A DNA stretch of 60,831 nt, counting the filler, from Hausera hauseri (taxonomy: Eukaryota), in assembly GCA_046269625.1 (NCBI GenBank). It is 11 parts of 11 records of this genome, joined end to end, with 100 filler letters (N's around TTAATTAATTAA, not from the genome) between each part and the next. Parts side by side here need not be neighbours in the genome. Positions count along the whole stretch, not along the records: positions 1 to 4,903 come from JBJURY010397145.1; positions 5,004 to 9,217 come from JBJURY010696549.1; positions 9,318 to 14,721 come from JBJURY010261732.1; 8 more parts are not named here. One strand, 5' to 3'. The notes beneath the pieces were generated by a model that worked only from the letters and a program-made list of their open reading frames with translations, was not told the DNA's origin and ran no database searches. Positions 1-12,759 of the stretch are shown in pieces. The number at the start of each line of letters is the position of its first letter. The first letter of the stretch is position 1. A program made the translations under genes and the position numbers.

Positions 1-2
1 AA

Positions 3-380
3 GCATTAGTTGGTACTTCCATCAGACCATTATTCGAGCTGGCTGAGCTGGACAACATTCCTACAGACGAAACCATACAAGCTTCCCAGAGACACTTCAT
101 TGAGATCAGCAAAGACTCATTTTGTAGACTATTACAGGGAAATAAACCTTACATATCCGACGATTTATATACTGCCAAGTTTGTCTGGCTAAAGAATCAG
201 ACGCCGTTTGGTTTTCAACCTCAGTATGTCGGCTCTTACAAAGTAATGCGTTTACATTCCCACAACATCATCATCATCAAAGACGACAAAGAAGTAACCA
301 CTTTTCCCTACGTTTTCTCTCAAGACTTCCACATCCGATTTTGCACCTTCAAACCTTTTCACACCTCTTTCATCCCCTGA
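3..380 (+). pseudogene. pol: Ty3/Gypsy integrase C-terminal region (GPY/F-like)
   Basis: Frame from nt 3 reads ALVGTSIRPLFELAELDNIPTDETIQASQRHFIEISKDSFCRLL...FVWLKNQTPFGFQPQYVGSYKV. It is collinear with the integrase tails at ~18000-18200 (GTTIRALFELTDLD) and ~40380-40620 (GTPIRALFELSNHD...SSDSFCRLF). Confidence 0.85.
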
Positions 381-812
381 TAACAATCTGCCTTCTCTTA
401 CAATACTTCCTCCATCAAACACCACTTCGACTTCACCAATCTTTCCATTCATTCCTTTCATAATTCAAGCCTCTTGCATACCACCTTCCAACTACTTTCT
501 TTCGCCTTCTCCATCTTCTTGCTCTCTTCCGTTTTGTCCCTCTTCTTCGTCTTTTCTCTCTTTCTCCTTCCACACCTTCCTCATCTTCGGCGCTTTCTTT
601 CTCCCTTTCTCCTCACACATCGTCTTTTACCCCTTTCATTCCCGCTTCGCAACTTCCTTCTCTCTCTACTACTATTTCTATCTCTTTTCCGCTCTTCACC
701 ACTACCTCTGTTTCATCTTCCACTTCCACTATTTCACCTTATACAATTCCAACATCTACTCCACCATTCATTTCTCTTTCTTCATCTGCCACTACACATT
801 TTATCGTTCCTT
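380..812 (+). repeat. Pyrimidine-rich (C/T) low-complexity tract at the 3' end of the Gypsy internal region
   Basis: CTT/TCT-rich sequence; the related elements have Ser/Pro-rich tails after integrase at 17660-17880 and 40010-40290. Confidence 0.7.
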
Positions 813-813
813 C

Positions 814-1133
814 TGTGGTGCCCACAACGGCCAGTGCCCTTTGGCCAATTTAATTAGGCACGGCAGGGCGTCCGCTGCCGCTATGTCGGGCCCATGGGCG
901 GTTCTCGATCTCCTGCCTTGAAAGAAATTACGACGTACTCTAACGAACTCAAATGTGCCTCAGTACGTTATTGTTCCATTCCGAATCACATAATATGTAC
1001 GTTTCAAACCACTATTCTCTGCAAAACGAGTGTGGTCCATCACTGTGCATTTCTGCTGCGAAAGTCTCCCACATCATTCCACGGGATCTCTATGAATTTC
1101 GTCCTACCGAATCCCTCACGGTAATTATACACA
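814..1133 (+). repeat. Probable 3' LTR of the Gypsy element
   Basis: Starts TGTGGTGCC (compare TGTGATGCC at 17472 and TATAGTGCC at 39833, minus strand) and ends ...ATACACA. No PPT or second LTR is visible. Confidence 0.5.
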
Positions 1134-2090
1134 ATCAAGCATGAATTGAAACGAGGCCAAAAAGAAAACGATATTTCATATGCTTAATTGGAGAAAATTT
1201 AACAAACTTCTTCAAATAAACGGAAAATCGTTGGAGAATACTCTCGAATCATTGCAACTCGAAGGAGAACAAAAACACACTAAAGAAAGAATTAGATAAT
1301 CGAATAAATACCTAATCGTATCATTAACTTACGAATATTCACAATGATCTACGAATAGCTACAGCTTCGAGCTGTCAAAAAGTCAACAAAAGACCAATTA
1401 CCAGCAAATATAACTGTTAATAATGATTTAGACCAATCTGACTTTGATCTTTCCGGTCCAAAAGGTCTCTTCGGAAGTAACGACCCTGTTAATCTGTTTT
1501 CCGAATTGCAATGCACTGAAATAAATCAGCTTATTGATGAAATGAAAAAGCTGAAAGAGAAGAAAATCTGAACTGCTACGCCAATTGAATGAACTCAGAC
1601 ATCAATTGGATGATAGTCAAAGAGATGCTGTCCAACGACAGGAAAGTATCAATGATTTACAATCGCGGCTGGATGTTTTGGCCATGTTTGACAAAATGTT
1701 TGTTGGCGAAAGTGGTGATATGATCGAATCTGTTCAAGGTAATTCATAGGAAGAACTTAGTTAGTCGAAACTTCATGAAGAAATTGTTAAAATACGGAGA
1801 CCAGTCAGACAACTTAAAAATCGATATAAAATGGGTTTAAAGTAAATATACAGTATGCAACATGAGTCAAAACGTTACCACACTCGAAAAAACGTTGACC
1901 GAAGTTCCAAAAATGAAGATGAAGGGAAGCAAGAAATAGCCCGATTTCAAGAACAGTATGATACATTGAAGAGTGATACAAAATCTGATACATACAACAC
2001 AAATGATCTTAAAGAACTTTATAAGAAGTTGTCCAAGTACGTGAAAGACTCTGATTTGACCAATGATCAGAAAGGAAATACCAATGATTC
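1134..2090 (+). pseudogene. BICD: Bicaudal-D (dynein adaptor) coiled-coil fragment, intronless, with stops and frameshifts
   Basis: IKHELKRGQKENDI...KSLENTLESLQLEGEQKH/KKELDNRIN; VNLFSELQCTEINQLIDEMKKLKE..LLRQLNELRHQLDDSQ; DLKELYKKL. These match BicD LKHEIKR / LEEALETL..ERE.K..LKKEL / DLFSELN.SEI.KL / ELAQLY in order. Confidence 0.75.
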
Positions 2091-2099
2091 CAAGCCCAT

Positions 2100-2884
2100 T
2101 AGTAATAAAACTCGTACAAATCTATTGGTTGTTTATCAACAAGATATTTATTCAAATTTGTAGCATGCACTAAACAATGATGTCAACCACGAACTCATTA
2201 CTAGTCCAAATAAATTGCATGTTTTGATGGCATTTTTGAAACGTCCTCATTTGTATTCAATCTTTGGCCTTCGGATTTCTTTCGGGTTTAAAAGACTTTA
2301 TAAATTAGTCCAGGATAACGAAGAGTCTTTACTTACTCGCAAAAGGTTGTTACGGTTTCGGAATGATATTTTGAAAATGTCTAAGCTACCAAATGCCAAC
2401 CCATTATGGATTGGTTGTAATGGAAGCCAACCGCATTTACATCATTATCCTTGTGGACTATGGACAACGTTTCACACGTTGACAGTCAGTCATTATTTGA
2501 AGGTTAAATCTGGAGTGCATGAAGATGAAGGACAATTACTTATTAAAGCGATAGTTCAATTTATTACAGTTTTCTTCTCTTGTCGAGAGTGCTGCAAATT
2601 TCAAGGTCGAAACGAAAGACTACAAAGAAAAAGTACTCAATGATGAAAGTGCTATCGTTTATCTATGAAAGGTACATCATAACGTCAATAATCGTCTATC
2701 CGGCAAACCATCAGACGACCCAATAGCACCTAAAATTGCGTTTCCATCTGCTAAAGATTGTCCGAGATGCAGAGCCAGTAATGGGTCGAAATGGCCTTCC
2801 GAAGAAAACTGGAATAGAAAAGAAGTATTTAAATTTCTAGCGAGACATTATTCACGTGTTGAAAAACTGCGATTGCTTCAATGA
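2100..2884 (+). pseudogene. QSOX: Quiescin sulfhydryl oxidase (QSOX) helix-rich + Erv/Alr domain fragment, intronless
   Basis: VYQQDIYSNL; WIGCNGSQPHLHHYPCGLWTTFHTLTV; FFSCREC (redox CxxC); KVHHNVNNRLSGKPSDDPIAPKIAFPSAKDCPRC. AATAAA at 2931 followed by an A-rich tract. Confidence 0.9.
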
Positions 2885-3096
2885 TTAGACATATTCAGTG
2901 TGATTGATCTATGAGGATACTTTATGAATGAATAAAAAGAATTTGTTTTAATGTATTAAAGACAAAAAAATAAATACATTTTGAATTTTGAATTAGCAAA
3001 TTGTTGTATCCATTTTGGAGATTTTTATTCAGTTGATTTTTGGTTTTGCCTAATTTTATAATTCTTGTTGTCGGAATTTTTTTACTCTCGATCGAT

Positions 3097-4050
3097 GGAT
3101 ATTGTGCAGTTTTTAACTAATATTGGAGTATTAAAAGTCGATGTAAGTTTTCAAATTTTAACATTGAAAATCCAAAACAGATTGGTTTTTCATTGATAAT
3201 TTTGGTGTCAATTCACCTTATGAACAGTTTGATCGAACTTTTGAATTATTGTCTATCTTTTTATTGGATACATTTTTAACGCGGAAGGTTGACGAAGTTT
3301 TAATTAAAATTTCGAAAAGAACAGATTTTTCTAAACGAAGTGTATTTCTGTTTTATCTGGAAAATCTATAGTCTCAATCCCAATCTCAAGCATCCATTAC
3401 GGACAGCAATACGGAATATGCGTCCCAACATCTATTCTAGTGAGGAAATCGCCGCATTTTACATTGGAGATTTTGCAAATCTGGAATTAAGTGATAATTT
3501 CCAGGATACCATTCCTGACTTTAATACATGGTACAAAAATTCAATTGGGAAAGTCTAAGTTTTCAAATTTTTTCATTGAAAATTTGTGCGTAACAGAGAA
3601 CAAATTGAGAAAAAATACAAATCAAAAAGGTACAAAATGGGTAATATTTAAACAAAAAATATTACAAACAACTGTTTTTTCTGTGGGCCTATGTAAGCAC
3701 CACAATTTCCTTTCGAATTTTCCAAGGACCAGGTAAATATTCAATATACGTTCCATTAATAACCTTGTTACCAGAAGTCATTTTACCAGATACGCAATTG
3801 CAACGAAAGACAGAAACTAATACGATGCCTCATTGAAAAACCGTCATTGCTAAAATATTCAACAACTAATCCCGAGAACTTCAATCTCCTTTCGACCAAA
3901 CTAGTCACCAAAATATTACTGCTCTAAAGATGAACGGAGAGAATGAGGATTTCAGAGGAGTGTACGGGAAACATGGCAAAGCAGGTAAAAATCTATTATG
4001 TCCATTAAAAGTATTAATAGTGGTATATAAATCGCTGTTGTTTACAATAG
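3097..4050 (+). other. Unidentified possible host gene fragment with short GT-AG introns
   Basis: Candidate introns at 3143-3180, 3553-3596 and 3733-3774 separate open segments (e.g. ORF 3340-3558). No family recognised. Confidence 0.3.
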
Positions 4051-4215
4051 AATTTTAACGAACAAAATTATAAGGAATTTTAAGAAATTGAACTGAATCA
4101 TTTTATTGTAATTATAATGGGTGTTCACTAAAAATGAGAATGAATTGAAAGTGTTAACTTTTTACATTTAGAATGATTAGCAAGACAAAATAGTTTCACA
4201 TATAAAATTCATTAT

Positions 4216-4903
4216 TCATTGATCTTGAACAACACGATGCCTTCTAATATAATACAATCTAGAAATTGCAGATTGTGATAGTATTTGTATGAGATCTTTG
4301 TCAATCTTTCTTAAGCAAAGCTTTATTCTATTCTTCAGTTGTTCAATATTTATCGCTTTCCAACCATTTTTGTAAACATCTCTTTTCAAAATAGACCAAA
4401 AGTTCTCAATAGATCTTGCTTCTGGTAGATTGGCTAGGTTGTCATCTTTTGCAACAAGTGATATTTTCGGACTGCAAAATCTCAACAACTTTCTTTGAAT
4501 AATGTGACGTTTCCAAATCAGGCCAGATAAAATGGAATATTGGAATGATGGTTTTGAATAAATGGAAGCAAAGGCTTCCGTATGTATTCATTAAGATAAA
4601 TAACTTGGTTGATGGCAAGTCCACTTAGCACAAAATATGGTCTTGATATTCTATTGGAAGATATCGCCAACCACATCATGATTTTTTGCTCAAACTTTGA
4701 TTGATCTTGGTATTTGACTTCTGCACTTGTGTAGAATATACAACCTTCATTAAATGTACTGTGATAAAGTAAAAAAATTTCATCATCAAGTATCAGTCGC
4801 ATAAGTCGTTCACACTTGGTTTTTGCAAGCTGTCTTTGGGCTTCTGTTCTCTTATGAATCTTAGTTTTCCATCGTTTTTGAATTGTAGATTTTATTTTGA
4901 TTA
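4216..4903 (-). mobile_element. Tc1/mariner (IS630-Tc1) transposase remnant
   Basis: LILDDE...KFEQKIMMWLAISS...FIFWPDLETSHYSK...NLPEARSIENFWSILKRDVY, i.e. DDE residues, frameshifted. Confidence 0.85.
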
Positions 4904-5003
4904 NNNNNNNNNNNNNNNNNNNNNNNNNNNNNNNNNNNNNNNNNNNNTTAATTAATTAANNNNNNNNNNNNNNNNNNNNNNNNNNNNNNNNNNNNNNNNN
5001 NNN
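4904..5003. other. Artificial contig spacer (44 N + TTAATTAATTAA + 44 N); also at 9218, 14722, 21932, 26139, 30948, 37963, 45313, 50793 and 55858
   Basis: Identical 100-bp unit with stop codons in all six frames, found at every large gap. Confidence 0.97.
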
Positions 5004-5702
5004 AAAATCGAAAAATGTAAAAGCGTAGAGGGATAGAAAACCCTATATGCAGAATCCGAATTTGATGTCAGATATTAAAAAAGAGGCTTAAATGAAAAAG
5101 CCGATTTTTCGATCGATTTCGAATATTCGAATAATACTGTCAGATTTCCCATATACGAAAACCTTTGTATACCAAAAATTGGGTGTGCAAAATATTTATA
5201 AGTGTCTGAAAATGAATAAAACATTGAAAAATTCGATAATCGATCAAGAATAAATTATTGGAATAATCTAATCATTACATTCGATTGCCTATATATGAAA
5301 ACCATGTTTAAATTTTAAATATGGCGCTGTAAAATGTATACAATTGATACATTAAAACAAAATGTTCTAGAATATTAGGAAATATGATACGTTGCCTGAT
5401 TTACCCTGCAATATATATTTTTTCTTACACCATCATGATTACACTACTAGATTCTCCACATTTAAAAACCTTAAATAACCTACCATTTGCGTAATAAGTC
5501 AAAGTAGTGTATTTAAAAAAGGCATTTAGAGCTAATTTTCAAATGTATATAAACAATAGGTATCCAAGTCAGTTTGTTTTACTGCATCAAAATTATAAAT
5601 AATATTTTGAATAATCAATAAAAAGTAATCTACATTATTTCCAAAAAATTGTACGATTTTGTTCTTCATTGCTCTTATTATTAAAGATGTTTTTAGTATT
5701 CT

Positions 5703-8322
5703 CCCATGAAAGGCAGCTCCTACATATCGCTTCCTGAATGGATAGTTAAGAAAAATGCATGCACCAATGTCCATAATGAAGACAGCATGTGTTTCATGTA
5801 TTCTATTTTGTCAAAACTAGTCCAGGATCAACATAATGCTTCCCGAGTTTGGATATATGACAAAGTGTAGCACACATACAACTTCACCTGTATTCCTAGA
5901 TGAAGTCGCGAAATTTGAAAGCATTAACAACATCTCCATCAAAATCTTCGGACTGGAGGATATATTTTATCCTTTACATGTATACAAGGAGGAATTGGAG
6001 GATCATAGGGATCTGCTCCTGATAAATGATGGAGAACGAGGCATTTCATCTGGATCAAGATTTTTGAGCGCCTCGTAGGATCCCAAATATCCAAGCATAA
6101 ATCAAGGCTGGAAATATGCGAGATGCTTTTCCCATTTTAAAGGGGAGACAACCGCAGAAAAGCTGGTGGAGCACAAGACCTACTGCAATATAAACTATTG
6201 CAACCGAGCAGAATTCCCCAAGGAGGATTACCTGGAATTCAAGGAGTTCGAGAAGATGCAAGTGCCGATTGTCATAGTGTGACTTCGAGGCCATCCTCAG
6301 CCCAGTTCACAGCTGCAGCCCCAATCTGCAGCAAAGCAGTACCATAAGTTATCATCATACTGCATGTATGTCAAAGGACTGGACAAAGAAACCTACCTAT
6401 ACATGGGTCTAAATGCAGCAGCACATTTTATGCAGCGTCTGGAACAGTATGCCCACAAACTTGAAGACGTTGCAGCAGCATAAGGGCTACATGATGTCGC
6501 AGAAAGAAAAATGTTAATGGTGCAAAGCAGCAACATTCTACCTATACAAAAAGCTATTCACATGGGACAATTACAAAGTCAGGGATCACTTCCATTTTAC
6601 AGGCATATACCAAAGCGCAGCATGCAACAATTGCAACTTACGCTGCAAGACATGTACATATGTTCCCGTGGTATTCCACAATCTTAGTGGATACGATTCC
6701 CACTTCATTGTTCGAGAATTTGGTAATATTGAGGGGAACATTGATGTGATTCCAAATAGTGAGGAGAAGTACATCACCTTCAAGAAGCATGTGGGCCGCA
6801 TCACATTTCGCTTCATTGATAGCTTCCGCTTCATTAGCTCGTCACTGGACAGCCTCGTGAAGAACCTTCCAGCTGATGAACTCAAAGAGACAAGGAGGTT
6901 CTTCCCAAATACATTTGACCTGGTGAAGCGGAAAGGAGTGTTCCCCTATGATTATATAACGTCACTGAAAGCACTGTATGACGAAGCATTACCGACCAAG
7001 GAGGACTTCTATAATTAGATGTCACAGAGTCATATTAGCGATGCTGACTATGAGCACGCTCAAAGAATATGGCAGACCTTCCAGTGAAGGAAAATAGGGG
7101 AATATAGTGATATCTATTACCTCACAAATATGCTATTGCTTACAGATGTCTTCGAAAGCTTCTGGAATGTAACCCTTAAGAGCCACAAGTTAGATCCATC
7201 CCATTTCTTTACAGCTCCAGGAATGAGCTGGGCGGCGATGCTGCGCTATACTGACATAAGGCTCCAAATCTTGAAGGATTACAGTATGGTCCTTACGGTT
7301 GTGAGAGGCATCAGGGACGGAATCTGTCAGGTCATTTACAGGTACAGTGAGGCCAACAACAAATACATGACAGATTATGACCCATCCAGGGTATCCAGCT
7401 ATATAACATACCTGGATGCTAATAACCTCTATGGATGGGCAATGAGCAACCCATTGCACTATGATAACTTTAAATGGGTCGAGAATCCTGAAGACTTCCC
7501 AATATTGGACCTAGATCCCACTGGAGATGCAGGCAATATACAGGAGGTGGATGTGGAATACCCACAAAGCATCCACACAATTCAAGCTCTATAACAACTC
7601 GGTCTTTGGCAAAACTACGGAGAACATCTGGAACCGGATAAACATCGAGCTGGTATGTGACTGGAAGAGGTCAAAGAAACTCATCGCTAAGTCCAACTTC
7701 CACAGCAGCACAATTTACACGAAGAACCTGGTGAGCATCCATATTGTTAAGACATCACTTGAGTTCAACAAGCCTATATATGTGGACATGTCCATATTGG
7801 ATCTATCCAAGACCTTGATGCATGACTTTCATTACAACATCATGGTCCCCACATTCAAGGAGCTCCAGCTAATGTACATGGAAACGGACAGTTTCATGTC
7901 CCAGATCCACACAGATGATGCCTTTGAAAAATTTGAAAAATTGATGCAGTATATGGATACCTCGGACTATCCGAAGGATCATCCAAATTATTCAACTGCC
8001 AACAAGAAGGTCCTCGGGTGAAGTTTAAAGACGAGGTGAATGGGAATATCATCACCCATTTCGTGGCGTTGAGATCAAAAATTTATGCCATCGATATGCC
8101 ATCGGAGTTCAAAGGGCAACATTTGCTAAGGATATAAGCTTTGCAGATTTTGAGAGTGTTGCGGGAACAAACTCACATAGTCAGCGAGATGAAGAGGATC
8201 CAGTCCCGAGAACATCAGATGGATACGATTGTGTTACGAAGAAAACCCTCTATTGGTTCGATGACAAAAGGCACATTCTTGAAGACGGAATCAGCACACT
8301 GTTTCATGGACATGCTACACTA
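5703..8322 (+). pseudogene. polB: Polinton/Maverick protein-primed DNA polymerase B (copy 1), frameshifted and internally deleted
   Basis: GSSYISLPEW..KNA..NVHNED..CFMYSIL; RDHFHFTG..AACNNCNL; VFHNLSGYDSHFI; FIDSFRF; KGVFPYDY; YLDANNLYGWAMS; KLYNNSVFGKT; YMETDSF; KFKDEVNG. Confidence 0.93.
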
Positions 8323-8575
8323 ATGTAAATATGAACATTATTGTTGTACTTATTATACATGACTTGTATTTTTATACCAATAAATGTTTGTTATAATAAT
8401 TGTATCGAGTTTTTAATCATATAATGTGGGATATAGAATAAGGCCAAGTAAAACTAAGAAACTATTATATAGAATAACACCCAGTAAAACTTAGATCAAT
8501 AAAATCAATAAATGTAAAATTTGAATAATCAATACAGTACGACATTTACTTGCATTAATTTTGCATTATTTCAAA

Positions 8576-8790
8576 ATGTTGAAAACTTATCCGATTTGTT
8601 GGGAATAGATGTCGGATAAAATAATGACATTGACGACATGCAATACACATACTTTCTGTATAGGCTGTCTGCAGAAATAGCTAAGCAGTAAAATGTCTTT
8701 TCCGCTATGCAGAACAAAGTGCGAGTATGTGGTAGTCGAGGATGCTGAAGACCCATGCCTGTATGTAAAATGAGTAGTAGTCATGGTAAA
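8576..8790 (+). pseudogene. Small RING-finger (C3HC4-type) gene next to Polinton PolB
   Basis: ATG at 8576: MLKTYPICWE*MSDKIMTLTTCNTHTFCIGCLQK*LSSKMSFPLCRTK. RING spacing with two Cys decayed (to Y and F) and the conserved W read as a stop; followed by an acidic DSDSDS stretch. Confidence 0.7.
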
Positions 8791-9317
8791 ACCAATACAT
8801 GAATTCTTACCTGACAGTGACAGTGACAGTGATTATACGATTATTATGTAATTGTTATTCAATACATGTTTTTTCATTATATGCTTTATCTCATAAAAAC
8901 CAACTAGTTTCCATAACACATTTATTTCGTAGCAATATAACTTTGACATAACGCTAAACACTATTTATATGCACAATGTGAACCATGTTCACGATAAATA
9001 CATGTAATGTTCTTTGATATAGTTACCAATTTGGTACATTCGTATGCACATATTCGAAATTCTGGAAATGCGCTATTAAGTACCTTCTTTCGACCATCAG
9101 CATGGTGTTTGACATAGAACATGGATTCATTTATATTACACATATTTCCAATATCTCGCATAAGGCAATCGCTGCAAAACAGGGTATTATATTCTTCTCA
9201 AGTAAATTTGTAGATCGNNNNNNNNNNNNNNNNNNNNNNNNNNNNNNNNNNNNNNNNNNNNTTAATTAATTAANNNNNNNNNNNNNNNNNNNNNNNNNNN
9301 NNNNNNNNNNNNNNNNN

Positions 9318-12300
9318 ACAAAAACAGCCGCATCCCTTCAACAACAACAACAACCAGTAGGAAAAGTAAGGCATCAACAAGTCTGGATAAATACATCAGA
9401 ACCAGTACTCAGCTGCAAGAGCAACAGAGGGATCAGCAGGATCAGCAACAGTAAGAGGAACAGATACAACGGGAATCCGACATTAATGTTAAGTACGATC
9501 TGAACAAATCGTACGTGTGCATAAAAGCGAACATGTCGGCGAAAACAACAACGCAATTGAGACATGTTCCGCAAAATGTTCGCAACCAGGTGGAATCAGA
9601 AGTGGAGAAATTCAAACACCACCAATACTGCAAAGTGCAATATTATGCACTTGCACAATTTGAAAACGTTGAATGTGACAGGAAACAATGGTACCTGTCA
9701 CATCAAGCTGTACCATACGCCGAAGATTTCATCGCCCACGTAGGCGAGAAACTCGAGAAAATCGCTAACTACACGGAAAAGGGTAGTGGATGACGAATTA
9801 TACGAATTGTCACCCTCGGCTTTATCATAACAAAGTCGAGCGATATAATATATTTGTCCGGGCGATCATTCATACCGACACCTGCATCTTTGAAGCAGTC
9901 TCTGGCGGTAGTTAATGTAAAAAATACTAACGATGAATACTGTTTTCTTTACAGTATTCTCGCGGTATTGAAATATGACGAAATGGACAGACATAGTACA
10001 TCTCGTCCAAAACAGTATCAGAAATTTTTCCAAATTGGATTTCGATGAAAGCCGGATGCCAATGAAACTGAAATCCATTCCGGCTTTTAAACGGCGTAAT
10101 CCGACACTGGCAATCAACGCGTTCCGGTACAACACAATCGTAAAAATACCGGCGGATGAAGAAATTTACAAAAATCATGATGTGGATATAATCTATCGTA
10201 GTCGGAACCCAAATGAACGCTCAGTAAATTTGTTACTACTGGAACAAAAAGAAAAATACCATTACGTTGCACTGACAAATCTGGGCAGACCACTGAACAT
10301 GGAGCATGATCATTTCCTTCAAAACGAATACCGTGTAAATGGTGTCCTGTATGTCTTCATGGATTCAGGTCAAAAACAACATGGGAGAAACATGTGACGC
10401 TGTGCAGACAAAATTCGTCAGGAACCACAATGTCATGCCCGTCAAACAGGAACTCAGGTTCACTGATTGGTCAAAAACAGACAGTTCGGCATATGTAGTA
10501 TATGAGGATATCAAAGCTATTTTACCACGGCACAACATATATGACCAAAAACATGTCCCAATAGCCGTCGGTATATTAATTGTCCCAATAAAAGCCGCAG
10601 GTCAACCTCAATATTGATTTCCACGGATGAAATTGTGTACGCGATTTCTTGCAGCAGTTGCAAACCATAGCGGAAACTTAAATCGCACCCTGGTACAGTA
10701 GAAATAGCAATAAACCCTTAATGTAGACATGAAGATGAACACCTGACGTTTGCAGTCGCAGATGAACGTTACCTATATCACAAAATATTACCGTTCGATG
10801 CACTGGAACGGCTCGTACCAGATCACGACCATTTTACGGGTCGATATCTCGGAACTGCATGCAATTCATGCAATTTGGCAAGGCGTGCGCGGCCATTCCT
10901 ATCAATGGTATTTCATAACTTCAGGAGTTATGATTGTCACCATATTCTGAAATGGGCAATAAACTGATTTCCGCACTGGGAACTATCCATAATTCCGACT
11001 ACAATAGAGAAATACCTGTCACTGTCTGCTCGTATAAACCGGTTCCAGGTACGATTCCTTGACTCATTGCAATTTCTCAATGAATCATTGGCAAAGCTGG
11101 TAAATGCCTTGCAAGATGTGCCTATAGTACTTACGCAGTTCCCCGCACATATCGCACGTAGCAAAGGCACATTTCCATGACTTTGCAACACCGTATGAGC
11201 GAATTCGGATAGCAGAGCAATTACCGTCGCGATGGACAGCCATCGCAGATGATGAATACCGGAATAGCATAGAGGTATTGGACAGAACTCGGCTTCAGAA
11301 ACATGTTGGATTACATGCTCCATTATCTTAAACTCGACGTGTACTTATTAGCCGATGTGTTCCAAGCGTTTCGAGCGAAAGCGTTGGCTAAAGATAGGCT
11401 AGAGCCACTCAACTTTTATTCCATATCGGGAATGAGTTTGGGGTCAGTTCTAATGTCACTGGGTCAAGATTTTAGGCTGCTGCAAGATCCGGAAATGTAC
11501 CGACTGTTTGATGTTGGTATTCGCAGCGGCATGACATTTGTCAACAAGCATCCGGTTAGTGCTACCGATACAACATCACTGCTGTACATTAATATTAATA
11601 ACCTGTATGGCTGGGCGCTTTCGCAACCCTTGCCGTACGGTTCATTCGAACGGGTTGTCGACAGACAAGATCTGGACGACATAATGGTCAACCTACCACG
11701 AGTAGACATGGCAGGATCAGTCGGATACCTGATAGAGGTCGATCTCGTGGTATCGGATGAGTTGCATGACGTTTGGGACAATTTACGGGTCGCACCATTT
11801 AACCAAGGTCTGACAGGTTCAAAAGTGAAGAAACTGCTTATTACGCATGAGCCAAAGTTGAATTACGTGGTCCATTGGCGTCGCTACAGTTATACATGCA
11901 GCTCGGTGTACGCGTCACACAACTGCATCGTACAATCCGATTTGTTTAGGCTCCCATATTCAAGGCGTGCATAGATGGAAATTCGGAGAAACGAGCCGCA
12001 CTTGTACAAAGTTCGAAAAGGACTACTACAAGCTGAAAAACAATTCTCTGTACGGAAAACCAGTGGAGAATCTGAAAAAGCGGCTCAATGTGCGTCTACA
12101 TAACTCGGAAAAGCGGTTGGTCACGTACACGAGTAAGGCGCAGTTTCGGCGGTCAATGCACATTGCCGATGAATTGGTAGCGGGGCTGTTAAACAGGGAA
12201 GAAGTCGTTCTGGACCGGCTAAGTTACATCGGACAAGTTGTATTGGACCTGAGCAAGTTGCGAATGTATGAGCTACAGTATCGCGATTTGGCACGTTACT

Positions 12301-12759
12301 GGCAAATGTTCGACGGCTGAGATCAGTATCGTTGCTTTTTTATCAGTATCAGCTTTTTCCTTTAGCTGAAAAACGTCAATCGCGACGAACTGCTCCGACA
12401 AATGGTAAATGGACTACTTGACACGTCCAATTACCCGCAGAATCATCAGCTGTATAGCAACGCCATCACGAAGTGAAGGTCGTGTCCGGTATCGGAAATG
12501 GATATTTCTACGGCCAAAATGTTAGCCTTTGACATGACAGTGGACCGAAAATTGGCGCCAAAGGAGTTCAGTTGGTTCAGACAGAAATCGGCCACGCTGA
12601 TTATCGACGTATCTATGAAGCGTCAGGAGGACAATCAACCGATCGATTGAGCACCCGTTGTATACGGTGACCAATACAAAAATCGCTTTATCATGCAATA
12701 AGCGTAAGTGGGTGAGGCGAAATAAGAGTTGGACGTACGGATATTGGCGTTTGGAATAA
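9318..12759 (+). pseudogene. polB: Polinton/Maverick protein-primed DNA polymerase B (copy 2) including N-terminal region
   Basis: EKGSG*..LSGRSFIPTP..VVNVKNTNDEYCFLYSIL; DHDHFTGRYLGTACNSCNL; FHNFRSYDCHHI; FLDSLQFL; YININNLYGWALS; KLKNNSLYGK; VLDLSKLRMY. Confidence 0.92.

Noticed and set aside
474-857. 127-aa Leu/Phe-rich membrane-protein-like ORF
   Set aside because: By-product of the C/T low-complexity tract.
4948-4959. Recurrent TTAATTAATTAA as a repeat, CRISPR or target site
   Set aside because: Always centred in N-runs; an assembly linker. No CRISPR array, rRNA or tRNA gene was seen in the window.
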